DNA of 33,137 bases from Chloroflexota bacterium (GCA_041157505.1 JBEBCV010000133.1:1-33137); one strand, 5' to 3'; counted from the first letter of the stretch, positions 16,909-25,521 are shown. Notes: generated from the letters alone by a model not told the origin. Numbers and translations: made by a program.

Positions 16909-17170
16909 GATCTCTCCTGTAATAAATATATATTTTTAAGAACGGTTGAAATATTATTTTGATTTAGACGGGTTGAAAATCACCCTTTTGTGGCATGACT
17001 ATAGTATCTATGTAACTAAAAGATTGGAGGGATTGACAGTATTTTTAAATTTGAGTAGCGCAGATGTCTTTCTCGTTCCCATTTGCACAATTTTGGTCAT
17101 GTTATACTGGGTGAAACTTCTAAAACCCGGTGGTGTTATAAAAGCAAATTCCACCGGTAAGGTTTCTCAC

Positions 17171-17743
17171 TTGTCGGAATTGGAATATCGTGAAGAAGAT
17201 GTGTTGATGCGTGCTTCACAAGGCGACCGGGATGCATTTGGTCAGCTTTATGAACGTTACGCGGAGCGTATCTTCAACTATGTGTACTATCGCACAGGGA
17301 ATCAGCACGATGCTGAGGATCTGACCGCGCGTGTTTTCCAGCGGGCGATGAATCACATTCGGAATTACACCGATCGGGGCGTACCATTTTCGGCGTGGTT
17401 GTACCGTATTGCACACAACCTGGTTGCCAACTGGCACCGTGACCGCAGCCGAAAACAGGAGATCCCACTCGATGATCTGCCTATTCTGCCGACCAAAGGC
17501 GACCATCCCGAAAGGAATTTGGTCCGCTCACAGGAGCAGGATTCATTGTTAAAAATGATACGCAAGCTTCCGCCCGAGAGGCAGAATTTGCTTATTTTGA
17601 AATTTGTTGAAAACATGTCCAACGCTGAGATTGGCAAGATCATGGGTAGAAGCGAAGGAGCTGTGAAGAGCCTGTACCACCGGACTCTTCTGGCGCTTCG
17701 AGACCAACTGGAAGATCAAAATCTTAATCTTGAAGGAGAGTAA
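17171..17743 (+). CDS. ECF sigma factor (BldN-like region 2)
   Basis: GDRDAFGQLYERY..RIFNYVYYR.G..HDAEDLT..VF, FSAWLYRIAHNLV, and region 4 MSNAEIG.IMGRSEGAVKSL.HR. Start likely TTG 17171 (aaggt upstream) rather than 16946; start is uncertain. Confidence 0.9.
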   Translation: MSELEYREEDVLMRASQGDRDAFGQLYERYAERIFNYVYYRTGNQHDAEDLTARVFQRAMNHIRNYTDRGVPFSAWLYRIAHNLVANWHRDRSRKQEIPLDDLPILPTKGDHPERNLVRSQEQDSLLKMIRKLPPERQNLLILKFVENMSNAEIGKIMGRSEGAVKSLYHRTLLALRDQLEDQNLNLEGE

Positions 17744-17746
17744 ACC

Positions 17747-18595
17747 ATGTTAAGAATTGTGACAGACGGCGCAGTGGACCTTCCAACCGAGTGGTATAAG
17801 GAATACGATATCCAACGTATTCCGATCAATGTGCATTTTGGTGAAGAAAAAACCTTCATTCAGGATGTAGAGTTGGATCAGGACGGTTTTTATAAACTTG
17901 TGGCTGGCAAAACCCTTCCACATCCAAAAACTTCGCAACCCTCACCCCACCAATTTGTGGAATTCTATAAGAAGATCGCGCAACCGGGCGATACGATCCT
18001 TTCCATTCACATCACCAGTAAACTCTCTGGGACATATGCTTCCAGCGTTTCTGCTGCGGAAGAGTTGAAAGGTACATTTAATGTCGTGCCGGTGGATACC
18101 TTGTGCGGAACGATGGGCACTGCTTTTATGTGCCGCGCTGCCCGCCAGATGGAACGTGCTGGCAAGAGTGTTGAAGAGATCGTTAAGTTTATTGAAGGGG
18201 TGCGCAGCAAGACCCATGTGGTTCTCACTCTCGACACCCTTGAATATGCCCGCCGCAGCGGTCGTGTTGGTACGCTCTCCGCGGCATTGGCTTCGGTCTT
18301 GAATGTCAAACCCATCGCCATGCTAAAAGACGGCATTGTGGATATGGTGGACCGTGTCCGCACCCGGAAAGCAGCCATTGAGCGTGTGTTGGACCTCGCA
18401 AAAGAGAATGTTGGCGATGCTCCGGTTCACGTTGGTGTTGTGCATGCTCGTGATGAAGAAACCGCCAAATCATTGTTGGATGAGGCAAAGAAACGCTTGA
18501 ATGTAAAAGAAAGTTTCTTGACCGATCTCTCCATTTCACTCGTTATCAACTTTGGACCTGGCACAGTCGGAATTGTGTTGTATCCAGCCGAATAA
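17747..18595 (+). CDS. degV: DegV/FakB family fatty-acid-binding protein
   Basis: IVTDG..DLP, PKTSQPSP, IHITSKLSGTY.S, LDTLEY..RSGR, LNVKPI and GPGTVGI motifs; SD aggag. Confidence 0.95.
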   Translation: MLRIVTDGAVDLPTEWYKEYDIQRIPINVHFGEEKTFIQDVELDQDGFYKLVAGKTLPHPKTSQPSPHQFVEFYKKIAQPGDTILSIHITSKLSGTYASSVSAAEELKGTFNVVPVDTLCGTMGTAFMCRAARQMERAGKSVEEIVKFIEGVRSKTHVVLTLDTLEYARRSGRVGTLSAALASVLNVKPIAMLKDGIVDMVDRVRTRKAAIERVLDLAKENVGDAPVHVGVVHARDEETAKSLLDEAKKRLNVKESFLTDLSISLVINFGPGTVGIVLYPAE

Positions 18596-18607
18596 GAATC
18601 AAAAAAT

Positions 18608-18877
18608 ATGAACGTGAACCAGATTTCCACTTCTCAAGATACTGAATTGCAATCCCTCGAGTCGCATCTTTCGCGGACCTTGAAACGGGTACCGCCTCCG
18701 AGCGGCTTGGTCGAACGCCTGCGCGGACGAGTCCAAATGCCAAGTCGTTCCGAAATCCAACTGCGGTTTAGCGATTGGCGTAAATTGTTCTTTGTATTCG
18801 GTGGTGTGATGTCTGGAATGTTGTTGCTGGTGACTCTGGCGCGCGCGTTCTATTACCTTGTTGGACGCCGAACGTGA
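18608..18877 (+). CDS. Small single-TM protein, candidate minimal anti-sigma factor
   Basis: 89 aa. LESHL..TL.RVPPPSGLVERLRGRV followed by a C-terminal TM helix; last gene before a terminator in the ECF operon. Confidence 0.65.
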   Translation: MNVNQISTSQDTELQSLESHLSRTLKRVPPPSGLVERLRGRVQMPSRSEIQLRFSDWRKLFFVFGGVMSGMLLLVTLARAFYYLVGRRT

Positions 18878-18901
18878 TGTAGGTTCAAGAAAACATATCA
18901 G

Positions 18902-18932
18902 CCCCTAAAGGACATCTCCTTTAGGGGTTTTT
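18902..18932 (+). terminator. Intrinsic terminator of the sigma-degV operon
   Basis: cccctaaagga-catc-tcctttagggg-ttttt. Confidence 0.88.
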
Positions 18933-18960
18933 GATTCGGCAGGATCGCAGAAAAGATATC

Positions 18961-19290
18961 TTAATTTTTCAACAACCAATCACACAGGACCTTGGCTTCT
19001 GCCACCAGATCGGCATCGACGGGGAGTTTGAATTCTTCGGTGACGCGTAAGGTCAAATGGGTAGCAACCAATTTCAGGTCTGAGGGGAGAGGCGTTTCTT
19101 CTTTGATGAAGTTAAGCAGATCATGGGCGGAGCGGCTTGGGAGGGGAGTCCCTTTGCGGGTGAGATAATCCCGAATAGCAATACCAGCGGCACGGCGCGC
19201 ACAAACCCGGGCTTGACCTTCGTTGTTGTTTGCCCTGGCACGCTGGGCAGCTTCAAATTCTCTTTGGATTTCCAGTTCTAGATTGTTCAT
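18961..19290 (-). CDS. Small helical hypothetical protein, HEPN-like
   Basis: 109 aa from ATG 19290, with TATAAT 7 nt upstream. A...A...G.ARVCARRAA..AI..YL...G..LP..SAHDLL pattern resembles HEPN helices. The longer track ORF (to 19470) overlaps the opposite gene. Confidence 0.65.
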   Translation of the reverse strand: MNNLELEIQREFEAAQRARANNNEGQARVCARRAAGIAIRDYLTRKGTPLPSRSAHDLLNFIKEETPLPSDLKLVATHLTLRVTEEFKLPVDADLVAEAKVLCDWLLKN

Positions 19291-19297
19291 AGATGGG

Positions 19298-19323
19298 ATT
19301 ATAAAATAAGGCGGGAGTATAAT
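19298..19323. promoter_or_regulatory. Back-to-back divergent -10 elements
   Basis: ATTATA at 19298-19303 (TATAAT on minus) and TATAAT at 19318-19323 (plus). Confidence 0.65.
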
Positions 19324-19347
19324 TCGTAAAATTTTCAGGAGGCTGCA

Positions 19348-21867
19348 ATGAAGCTTAAGTGGTTTCAAGTTTTTGCGCTGATCGCCATTTTGAGCATGGT
19401 GGTGAGCGCTTGTGGTGGGGTGGAGCCGATCGGTGGTGAGACAGTAGACACTGATACGGATGCTACTCAACCTGCGATGGAAGTTATCCCTGAAGGGGAT
19501 GGACCCACAGTGGTGACAGGAAGTGTGGAATACACAGATCTGTTCTTTACAATGGGTGTTTCTGAACCCATCATCATTTTGGAAGATCAGGGTGGTTTTG
19601 TTACACGTGACCGTAAGTTTCTTATTCCGGTCGAATCACAGGTGATGGGACAGATCACATCAGATTTCTATACGTCTCCATTCACATATAGTTTGACCTT
19701 GCCTGCCCAACCCAAAGGCACGTTAAATGATGTTGATCACGATGGGCAGCAGGATGCAGGCGTGATGATCTTTGCCGTCGCCTATTGGACGAATACCTGG
19801 GGCGACCCATATCTTGAACGCCGCGATCAGGGTGGTGGTGGTTGGTCGAGCGCATATGCTTCAACCCGCGTCACTGATGCAAGCGATGCATTCCTTGAAG
19901 TGTATGGTGGACAATATTTGGTTTTCGCTCCAGATGAGAACCAACAATTCCCTTCAGATTTTGGCGCGGATGAAAAATTGTTCACAGATGACGATCCGCT
20001 TATGAGTTTACCTGCGGGTTGGTCTATGGTCGATATGGATCAATCTCCGTTCGCGATAGACCGCTCGGAAAACCCAACCCTTAATCTGTATGAACCGGAA
20101 AGTTCTGCGCTCGATGATTTCTCGCAGATGACATACACTGAAGCCTTTGATGCCATGCTGGAGAAGTTCCGCAAGGAATATGCATATACAGAGTACAAAG
20201 ATATTGACTGGGATGCGCGCGAGAAGGAATTCCGTCCGCGCTTTGAAGAGGCGGAAAAAGCTGGCGATGCCCATGCTTTTGCTTTGGCTTTGCGTGATTT
20301 CGTTTGGTCGATCCCCGACACCCATGTTGGCATGGATACTTCTGCGTTGAACGATGATTTCTCTGCAGATATTGCTGGTGGTATTGGACTGGCGTTGGGC
20401 GAAACCAGCGACGGCAAGATCGTTGCACGGTATGTCACACCGGGCGGTCCTGCAGAGCAGGCTGGACTTGAATTTGGGGCTGAGATCATAGCAATCGATG
20501 GAACGCCGATCGAAGATGACGTTTCGGCTGTTGTTCCTTGGTCTTCACCGTTTAGCAACCCGGAAGTGAAGCGTTTACAGCAATTGCGTTATGCCACCCG
20601 TTTCCGCGCTGAAAAGGGACAGGTCGATGTGACCTTTGTGAACCAAGGTGGAGCGGAACAGACTGCGACATTGGCAGTGGTTGCAGAACGTGATAGTTTC
20701 AGCGTCACTTCATTTGCCTTTGGTCAGCCTCAAACATCCCTGCCTGTGGAGTTCAAGATCTTACCCAGCGGATATGGTTATATCAAGATCAGCAGTTTTT
20801 CAGATAATCAAGTTCTGATGATCCAGGCTTGGGAATATGCGTTGGATTATTTCAACCAGAACGAAGTTCCTGGTGTGATCCTGGACATGCGAAATAACAG
20901 CGGCGGCAGTGGCTGGTTAGCAGACCAGATGGCAGCATATTTCTTCACAGAAGAAGTAGTTGCTGGTACGGGTTCCTTCTATGATGATGTAACTGGTGAT
21001 TTTTACATGGATCCCGCCAGTGAAGCAGTCATGATCCCACCGCGTGAAGCCTTGCAATACACAGGTCCAGTCGTAGTGATGGTTGGACCGGCATGTGTTA
21101 GCGCATGTGAGTTCTTCTCCTACAATATGACGATCAATGACCGTGCCATCATTGTGGGGCAATATCCCACCTCTGGAGCGGGCGGTGGTGTGGAAGCCTT
21201 CATGATGCCGGAAAACACCTACATGCAGATGACCGTTTCCCGTCAGATGGATGCGGAAGGAAACATTCACATCGAAGGTGGTGGTGTTGCGCCGGATGTG
21301 CGCGTGCCTGTGACGGTTGAATCTTTCCAACGCCAATTAGCGGGTGATGACGTAATCCTTGAGGCTGCAGAAAAAGTGATCAGTCAGCCGAAAGGTGCAG
21401 GCGTCACACCATCTGCATCACCGAAGATCGCTACACCTGCAGACGCAGAGTCCGCTTTTTCATCGGGGGCATCTTTTGTTGAAGATAAGAAGCGCGAAGA
21501 ATATACAGATGCTGAGCTTTCAACTCCAGGCGTGTTGACCTATACCGTCCCATTGGCAAATTCTGAGACGTTGATCTGGGCATATTACTGGTGTACCACC
21601 ACCAAAGAAATTCTCGACCAGAACTTCAGCCAGATCGATGTTCAATTCGAACTGAATGGGGAAGTGGTCCCGCTCGACCAGTTCGCCGTCCTTGACCTGC
21701 CCTCTGGTGGAAATCAGTGCCGCATCATCTACACGGCTCTTTCTGAGTGGACATCTGGTGAACACCACCTGATCACAACCACAACATTCAAGACACCCAT
21801 CAATGATGGAATGAGTGAGTACCAGGCTGGTGAGTACATTTCTGAATATTCAGTGTTTGTGCCATAG
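19348..21867 (+). CDS. S41 family peptidase lipoprotein with PDZ domain
   Basis: Lipobox VSAC, D.H motif (PDTHV), PDZ (GGPAEQAGL..GAEIIAIDG), GYIKISSF, ILDMRNNSGG, CVSACE (catalytic Ser region), IEGGGVAPDV; SD aggagg. Confidence 0.9.
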   Translation: MKLKWFQVFALIAILSMVVSACGGVEPIGGETVDTDTDATQPAMEVIPEGDGPTVVTGSVEYTDLFFTMGVSEPIIILEDQGGFVTRDRKFLIPVESQVMGQITSDFYTSPFTYSLTLPAQPKGTLNDVDHDGQQDAGVMIFAVAYWTNTWGDPYLERRDQGGGGWSSAYASTRVTDASDAFLEVYGGQYLVFAPDENQQFPSDFGADEKLFTDDDPLMSLPAGWSMVDMDQSPFAIDRSENPTLNLYEPESSALDDFSQMTYTEAFDAMLEKFRKEYAYTEYKDIDWDAREKEFRPRFEEAEKAGDAHAFALALRDFVWSIPDTHVGMDTSALNDDFSADIAGGIGLALGETSDGKIVARYVTPGGPAEQAGLEFGAEIIAIDGTPIEDDVSAVVPWSSPFSNPEVKRLQQLRYATRFRAEKGQVDVTFVNQGGAEQTATLAVVAERDSFSVTSFAFGQPQTSLPVEFKILPSGYGYIKISSFSDNQVLMIQAWEYALDYFNQNEVPGVILDMRNNSGGSGWLADQMAAYFFTEEVVAGTGSFYDDVTGDFYMDPASEAVMIPPREALQYTGPVVVMVGPACVSACEFFSYNMTINDRAIIVGQYPTSGAGGGVEAFMMPENTYMQMTVSRQMDAEGNIHIEGGGVAPDVRVPVTVESFQRQLAGDDVILEAAEKVISQPKGAGVTPSASPKIATPADAESAFSSGASFVEDKKREEYTDAELSTPGVLTYTVPLANSETLIWAYYWCTTTKEILDQNFSQIDVQFELNGEVVPLDQFAVLDLPSGGNQCRIIYTALSEWTSGEHHLITTTTFKTPINDGMSEYQAGEYISEYSVFVP

Positions 21868-21932
21868 TCTCTAAGATGAGGCAAATTAAGTTTGGAGTGT
21901 TTATTTCTGTGAAACGAAAAACCGCGACATAC

Positions 21933-22547
21933 ATGAAAAGATCATTGCTTAGCTTTCTACCTGCCATGCTGGTCGTGGCATGCATGGCGCAACCGGCAGC
22001 GTCCCCGACTCCTTCTGTTAATGAACAGAGCTTTATTTCCACTGCGGTTGAAATGACGGTCAAGGCAGAAAAAAACGCTTCTTCACAAAACACTCCCACT
22101 GTTGAAGCATTGTTCTCCCCAACACCAACTCTTGTTGTGCCGGTCGTCACTGTTACAGAGCTCACATTGACCCTAACTCCCACCATCGAGCCAACTAAGG
22201 TCGCCACCACACAGGGACCTTGCGATAAGATTTTGAAGGTTTCTGATGCAGGTCCGCTTTCGAATGTCCGCTTCAAGAATCAAACGGGTGGGCAGATCCG
22301 ATTGGGTGTCTTCCTATGGCAGGCAAATACATATGGTGAGTGTGGCTACCTTCCAAACAATCCGATTGCCATTGGCAAGGATCAAAGTTATGTTGTCCGT
22401 TTACCCGAAGGCTCTTACTTTGCCTGGGCGTGGATCACTTTCAAGAATGATGATACTTCCTCCACGAACGGTAACTTTATCAACAATGCCAGTAATGGAA
22501 CCGGCACCATGGATGTGATCATCAAAAAGACTGGTATCTCTGGATGA
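21933..22547 (+). CDS. Hypothetical lipoprotein with a Thr/Pro-rich linker
   Basis: MKRSLL...VVAC lipobox, TP-rich linker and a small beta domain (F.NQTGG.I.L...GECGY...LPEGSY.AWAWI). Confidence 0.75.
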   Translation: MKRSLLSFLPAMLVVACMAQPAASPTPSVNEQSFISTAVEMTVKAEKNASSQNTPTVEALFSPTPTLVVPVVTVTELTLTLTPTIEPTKVATTQGPCDKILKVSDAGPLSNVRFKNQTGGQIRLGVFLWQANTYGECGYLPNNPIAIGKDQSYVVRLPEGSYFAWAWITFKNDDTSSTNGNFINNASNGTGTMDVIIKKTGISG

Positions 22548-22565
22548 CGTGATCTACTTATGAAC

Positions 22566-22596
22566 AAAAAAGACACCGAGAAATTGGTGTCTTTTT
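22566..22596. terminator. Bidirectional intrinsic terminator
   Basis: aaaaaagacaccga-gaaa-ttggtgtcttttt between convergent genes. Confidence 0.85.
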
Positions 22597-22636
22597 ATTT
22601 TGTTGATTTGAATACGGTTCTTTTCTTAACGCTTGC

Positions 22637-23320
22637 CTACTCGACGAACCGATATTTGATCAACGCCCAAACCGCTTCGAAAGCGTCGTGAAGCTTGATC
22701 TTCTTGCCTTGCGAATAATCACGCGGATTGAATGTGATCGGCACTTCAAAAATGCGGTAGTTGCGCTTGAGGATCTTGGCGGTAAATTCCGGCTCGAAGT
22801 TAAAACTATTCGCACGGATGGTCATGCCTTGAATAACTTCTTTGCGGAAGACCTTATAACCGGTTTCCATATCTGTCAGAATGGTATTGTAGAGGATGTT
22901 CGTCATCAAGGTCAGCGATTTGTTCGCCACCATGTGCCAGAACATGGTCACGCGGTGAGCCCTACCGAGGAAGCGCGAGCCGTAGACAACATCCGCAACG
23001 CCTTCTTCGAGGGGCTTGAGCAGTTCCGGGTAGTCACGCGGATCGTACTCAAGATCAGCGTCCTGGATCAGCAAAATATCACCCTGGGCAGCGAACATTC
23101 CCGTACGAACAGCAGCGCCTTTGCCCTGATTCTTCTCATGCAGAATGATGTGCAGATCTTTTTGACCTTCGAGCTTTTTCAGGATGTCACGAGTGCCATC
23201 CTTCGAGCCGTCGTCCACAAGCACAATCTCATGGACCAAATTGGTAGCACGGACGCGTTGAATGATCGTCTCAATGCTTTCAACTTCATTATAAACAGGG
23301 ATTATGACTGAGAGTTTCAT
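22637..23320 (-). CDS. GT2 glycosyltransferase, polyprenol-phosphate (DPM1-like) type
   Basis: LSVIIPVYNE, VDDGSKDGT, NQGKGAA, IQDADLEYDP, VYGSRF and TDMETGYK motifs. Confidence 0.93.
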   Translation of the reverse strand: MKLSVIIPVYNEVESIETIIQRVRATNLVHEIVLVDDGSKDGTRDILKKLEGQKDLHIILHEKNQGKGAAVRTGMFAAQGDILLIQDADLEYDPRDYPELLKPLEEGVADVVYGSRFLGRAHRVTMFWHMVANKSLTLMTNILYNTILTDMETGYKVFRKEVIQGMTIRANSFNFEPEFTAKILKRNYRIFEVPITFNPRDYSQGKKIKLHDAFEAVWALIKYRFVE

Positions 23321-23329
23321 AGCGGCTGG

Positions 23330-23353
23330 ATTATAAACGAAAAGAAGTATAAT
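23330..23353. promoter_or_regulatory. Back-to-back divergent -10 elements
   Basis: ATTATA at 23330-23335 (TATAAT on minus) and TATAAT at 23348-23353 (plus). Confidence 0.65.
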
Positions 23354-23391
23354 CAGGTTTACACGTTCGAAATTCTTTTGCTCGGGATACG

Positions 23392-24732
23392 GTGACCAAT
23401 ATGGTAGTAAAGCAAACAGGACAAATTCCCACAGCTTCCTCCGGCGGGTTTACCCCTCCTCAAATCAACAGCCTTGAAGACACGGGGCTTTCCACCCTTT
23501 GGCTTCAAGACCTTATTTTAAAGGTACTTTATTTTCGCGGTTACTTATCCGGCAGCAAGATCTCCGATGAGATTACCTTGCCATTTGCCGGCGTGACTGA
23601 TCAATTGCTTTCTTCTCTTAAACAGGAAAAATTGATCGAAGTAAAATCCTCCCAGGGCGGTTTGGGTGAAGGCTCTTATACCTATGGCATCACCAGCGCT
23701 GGCATTGTACGTGCGCGCGAAGCGTTGGAGCGCAGCCAATATGCAGGTCCGGCTCCTGTTCCGTTCGAGGTGTATAACGAATCGATCCGTAAACAGAAGA
23801 CCGGGCGTGTCACCGTTACCACCCGCACCATGCGTCAGATCCTATCGCAGTTGATCATCTCTGAAACAACTTTTCAACGTTTGGGTCCGGCTTTGAATTC
23901 CGGCACATCTATCTTTATGTACGGACCTCCCGGAAATGGTAAGACCAGTATTGCGCGTGCCTTTGGTAATCTGGTTCTCAGCCAGACCATGTACATTCCA
24001 TATGCATTGTATTTGGATGGACAAGTCATTAAGGTCTATGATGCGGTCAGCCACACCCTCGCTCCTGATAATGATGTGACTGCAAACCCAACTGGTTCCT
24101 TGCGTTCAAGTACTCGCCGCGACCCTCGCTGGGTAAAAATTCGCAGACCCTTCATTGTGGTGGGCGGTGAGTTGACCCTTGAAGGTCTTGACCTCGTGTT
24201 TGATGACACTACAAAATTTTACGAAGCACCGTTCCAGGTGAAAGCCAATGGCGGCATTTTGCTCATCGACGACTTCGGACGTCAACAAGTTCGCCCGCGC
24301 GATCTGCTTAACCGCTGGATCGTTCCACTCGAAAACCGCGTGGACTTCCTGCGCCTTCACACGGGACGCAAAGTGGAAGTGCCCTTCGATGTTTTGATCG
24401 TCTTCTCGACCAATCTGCCGCCAAAAGACCTGGTGGATGAAGCCTTTCTCCGTCGTCTACGTCACAAGATCGAGATCGGTGATCCATCCTTCGAAGAATA
24501 TCGCGAGATCTTCAAACGCGTTGCGCAAGATAAGCGCGTTGAATACAACGATCAGGGTCTGGCGTATCTTTTGCAGGAATGGTATATCAAACGCAACCGC
24601 AAATTGCGCGCCTCACACCCCCGCGATCTCTGCGATCAGATTCTCGACATTTCATCTTACATGGCAGTTCCGCCCACCATGTCGCGTGACATGCTTGACC
24701 GTGCTGCCAAAGCCTATTTCGTGGATATTTAA
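23392..24732 (+). CDS. Uncharacterised AAA+ ATPase with an N-terminal winged-helix-like region
   Basis: Walker A YGPPGNGKT, Walker B ILLIDD(FGRQ), sensor-I FSTN, DEAFLRRL arginine finger, PRDL sensor-II. Start could be 23392 or 23401. Confidence 0.88.
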   Translation: MTNMVVKQTGQIPTASSGGFTPPQINSLEDTGLSTLWLQDLILKVLYFRGYLSGSKISDEITLPFAGVTDQLLSSLKQEKLIEVKSSQGGLGEGSYTYGITSAGIVRAREALERSQYAGPAPVPFEVYNESIRKQKTGRVTVTTRTMRQILSQLIISETTFQRLGPALNSGTSIFMYGPPGNGKTSIARAFGNLVLSQTMYIPYALYLDGQVIKVYDAVSHTLAPDNDVTANPTGSLRSSTRRDPRWVKIRRPFIVVGGELTLEGLDLVFDDTTKFYEAPFQVKANGGILLIDDFGRQQVRPRDLLNRWIVPLENRVDFLRLHTGRKVEVPFDVLIVFSTNLPPKDLVDEAFLRRLRHKIEIGDPSFEEYREIFKRVAQDKRVEYNDQGLAYLLQEWYIKRNRKLRASHPRDLCDQILDISSYMAVPPTMSRDMLDRAAKAYFVDI

Positions 24733-24768
24733 CGTACCGTCTCATCCCTGACCTTGAACCTGCCTCAT

Positions 24769-25521
24769 ATGCTTGAAACTTTTCCCCGCCCCATCCTACT
24801 TGCCCATCGCGGCGACCTTGCCCATGCACCGGAGAACACTCTCCCGTCGTTCTCTCAAGCCATACAAAAAGGCGCCGATGGCGTCGAACTCGATGCCAAA
24901 CTAACCGTTGATGGTCATGTGATCGTCATTCATGATGAGACAGTTGATCGAACCACGAATGGCAAAGGGAAGGTGGCTGGTTTCACCCTCGATTCCATCC
25001 GCAAGTTGGATGCGGGTTCCTGGTTTGATACAAAATTTGCAGGAACAAAAGTTCCGTTGTTGGAAGAAGTCTTTGAAACAGTTGGGAAAGAAAAACTCAT
25101 CAATATCGAGTTGACGAATTACTACAATTCACGAGATGGGTTGGTGGTTAAGGTTTGCGAGTTGATCAAACGCCATAATAATGCAAAGCAGATCCTTTTT
25201 TCATCTTTTCTTGCGTCGAATCTAAAGATCGCTCAGCAAACAATTCCTGAGATCCCACGTGCATTGCTTGCTTTGCCCGGCTTTATGGGATTGTGGGCAC
25301 GTTCATTTGGCTTTATGTTCGGTGATTATCAAGCTTCTCATCCGCATATTTCTGATGCCAACCGTGAGAGTATTCAACGGGCTCATCGCGTTAATCGCCG
25401 CGTGCATGTGTGGACGGCAAATTCCCCCGAAGAGATCAAACGCCTGCGCGATTGGGGTGTGGATGGTCTCTTCACCGATGACCCAGGAACGGCGGTTCAG
25501 GCACTTGGACGGGCAAAGTGA
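24769..25521 (+). CDS. Glycerophosphodiester phosphodiesterase (GDPD family)
   Basis: AHRG....PENTL, GADGVELD, VIHDETVDRTTNG, INIEL, VHVWT.N and GVDGLFTD motifs. Confidence 0.93.
   Translation: MLETFPRPILLAHRGDLAHAPENTLPSFSQAIQKGADGVELDAKLTVDGHVIVIHDETVDRTTNGKGKVAGFTLDSIRKLDAGSWFDTKFAGTKVPLLEEVFETVGKEKLINIELTNYYNSRDGLVVKVCELIKRHNNAKQILFSSFLASNLKIAQQTIPEIPRALLALPGFMGLWARSFGFMFGDYQASHPHISDANRESIQRAHRVNRRVHVWTANSPEEIKRLRDWGVDGLFTDDPGTAVQALGRAK

Noticed and set aside
16946-17170. 75-aa N-terminal extension of the second ECF sigma factor (pro-sigma idea, as in BldN)
   Set aside because: It lies in AT-rich intergenic-like DNA containing promoter-like TGtTATACT (17100-17108), starts at a TTG without SD, and has non-protein-like composition. 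It is most likely an in-frame open stretch.
19291-19470. N-terminal 60 aa of the 169-aa track ORF
   Set aside because: It overlaps the S41 gene start on the other strand, and a perfect -10 precedes ATG 19290.
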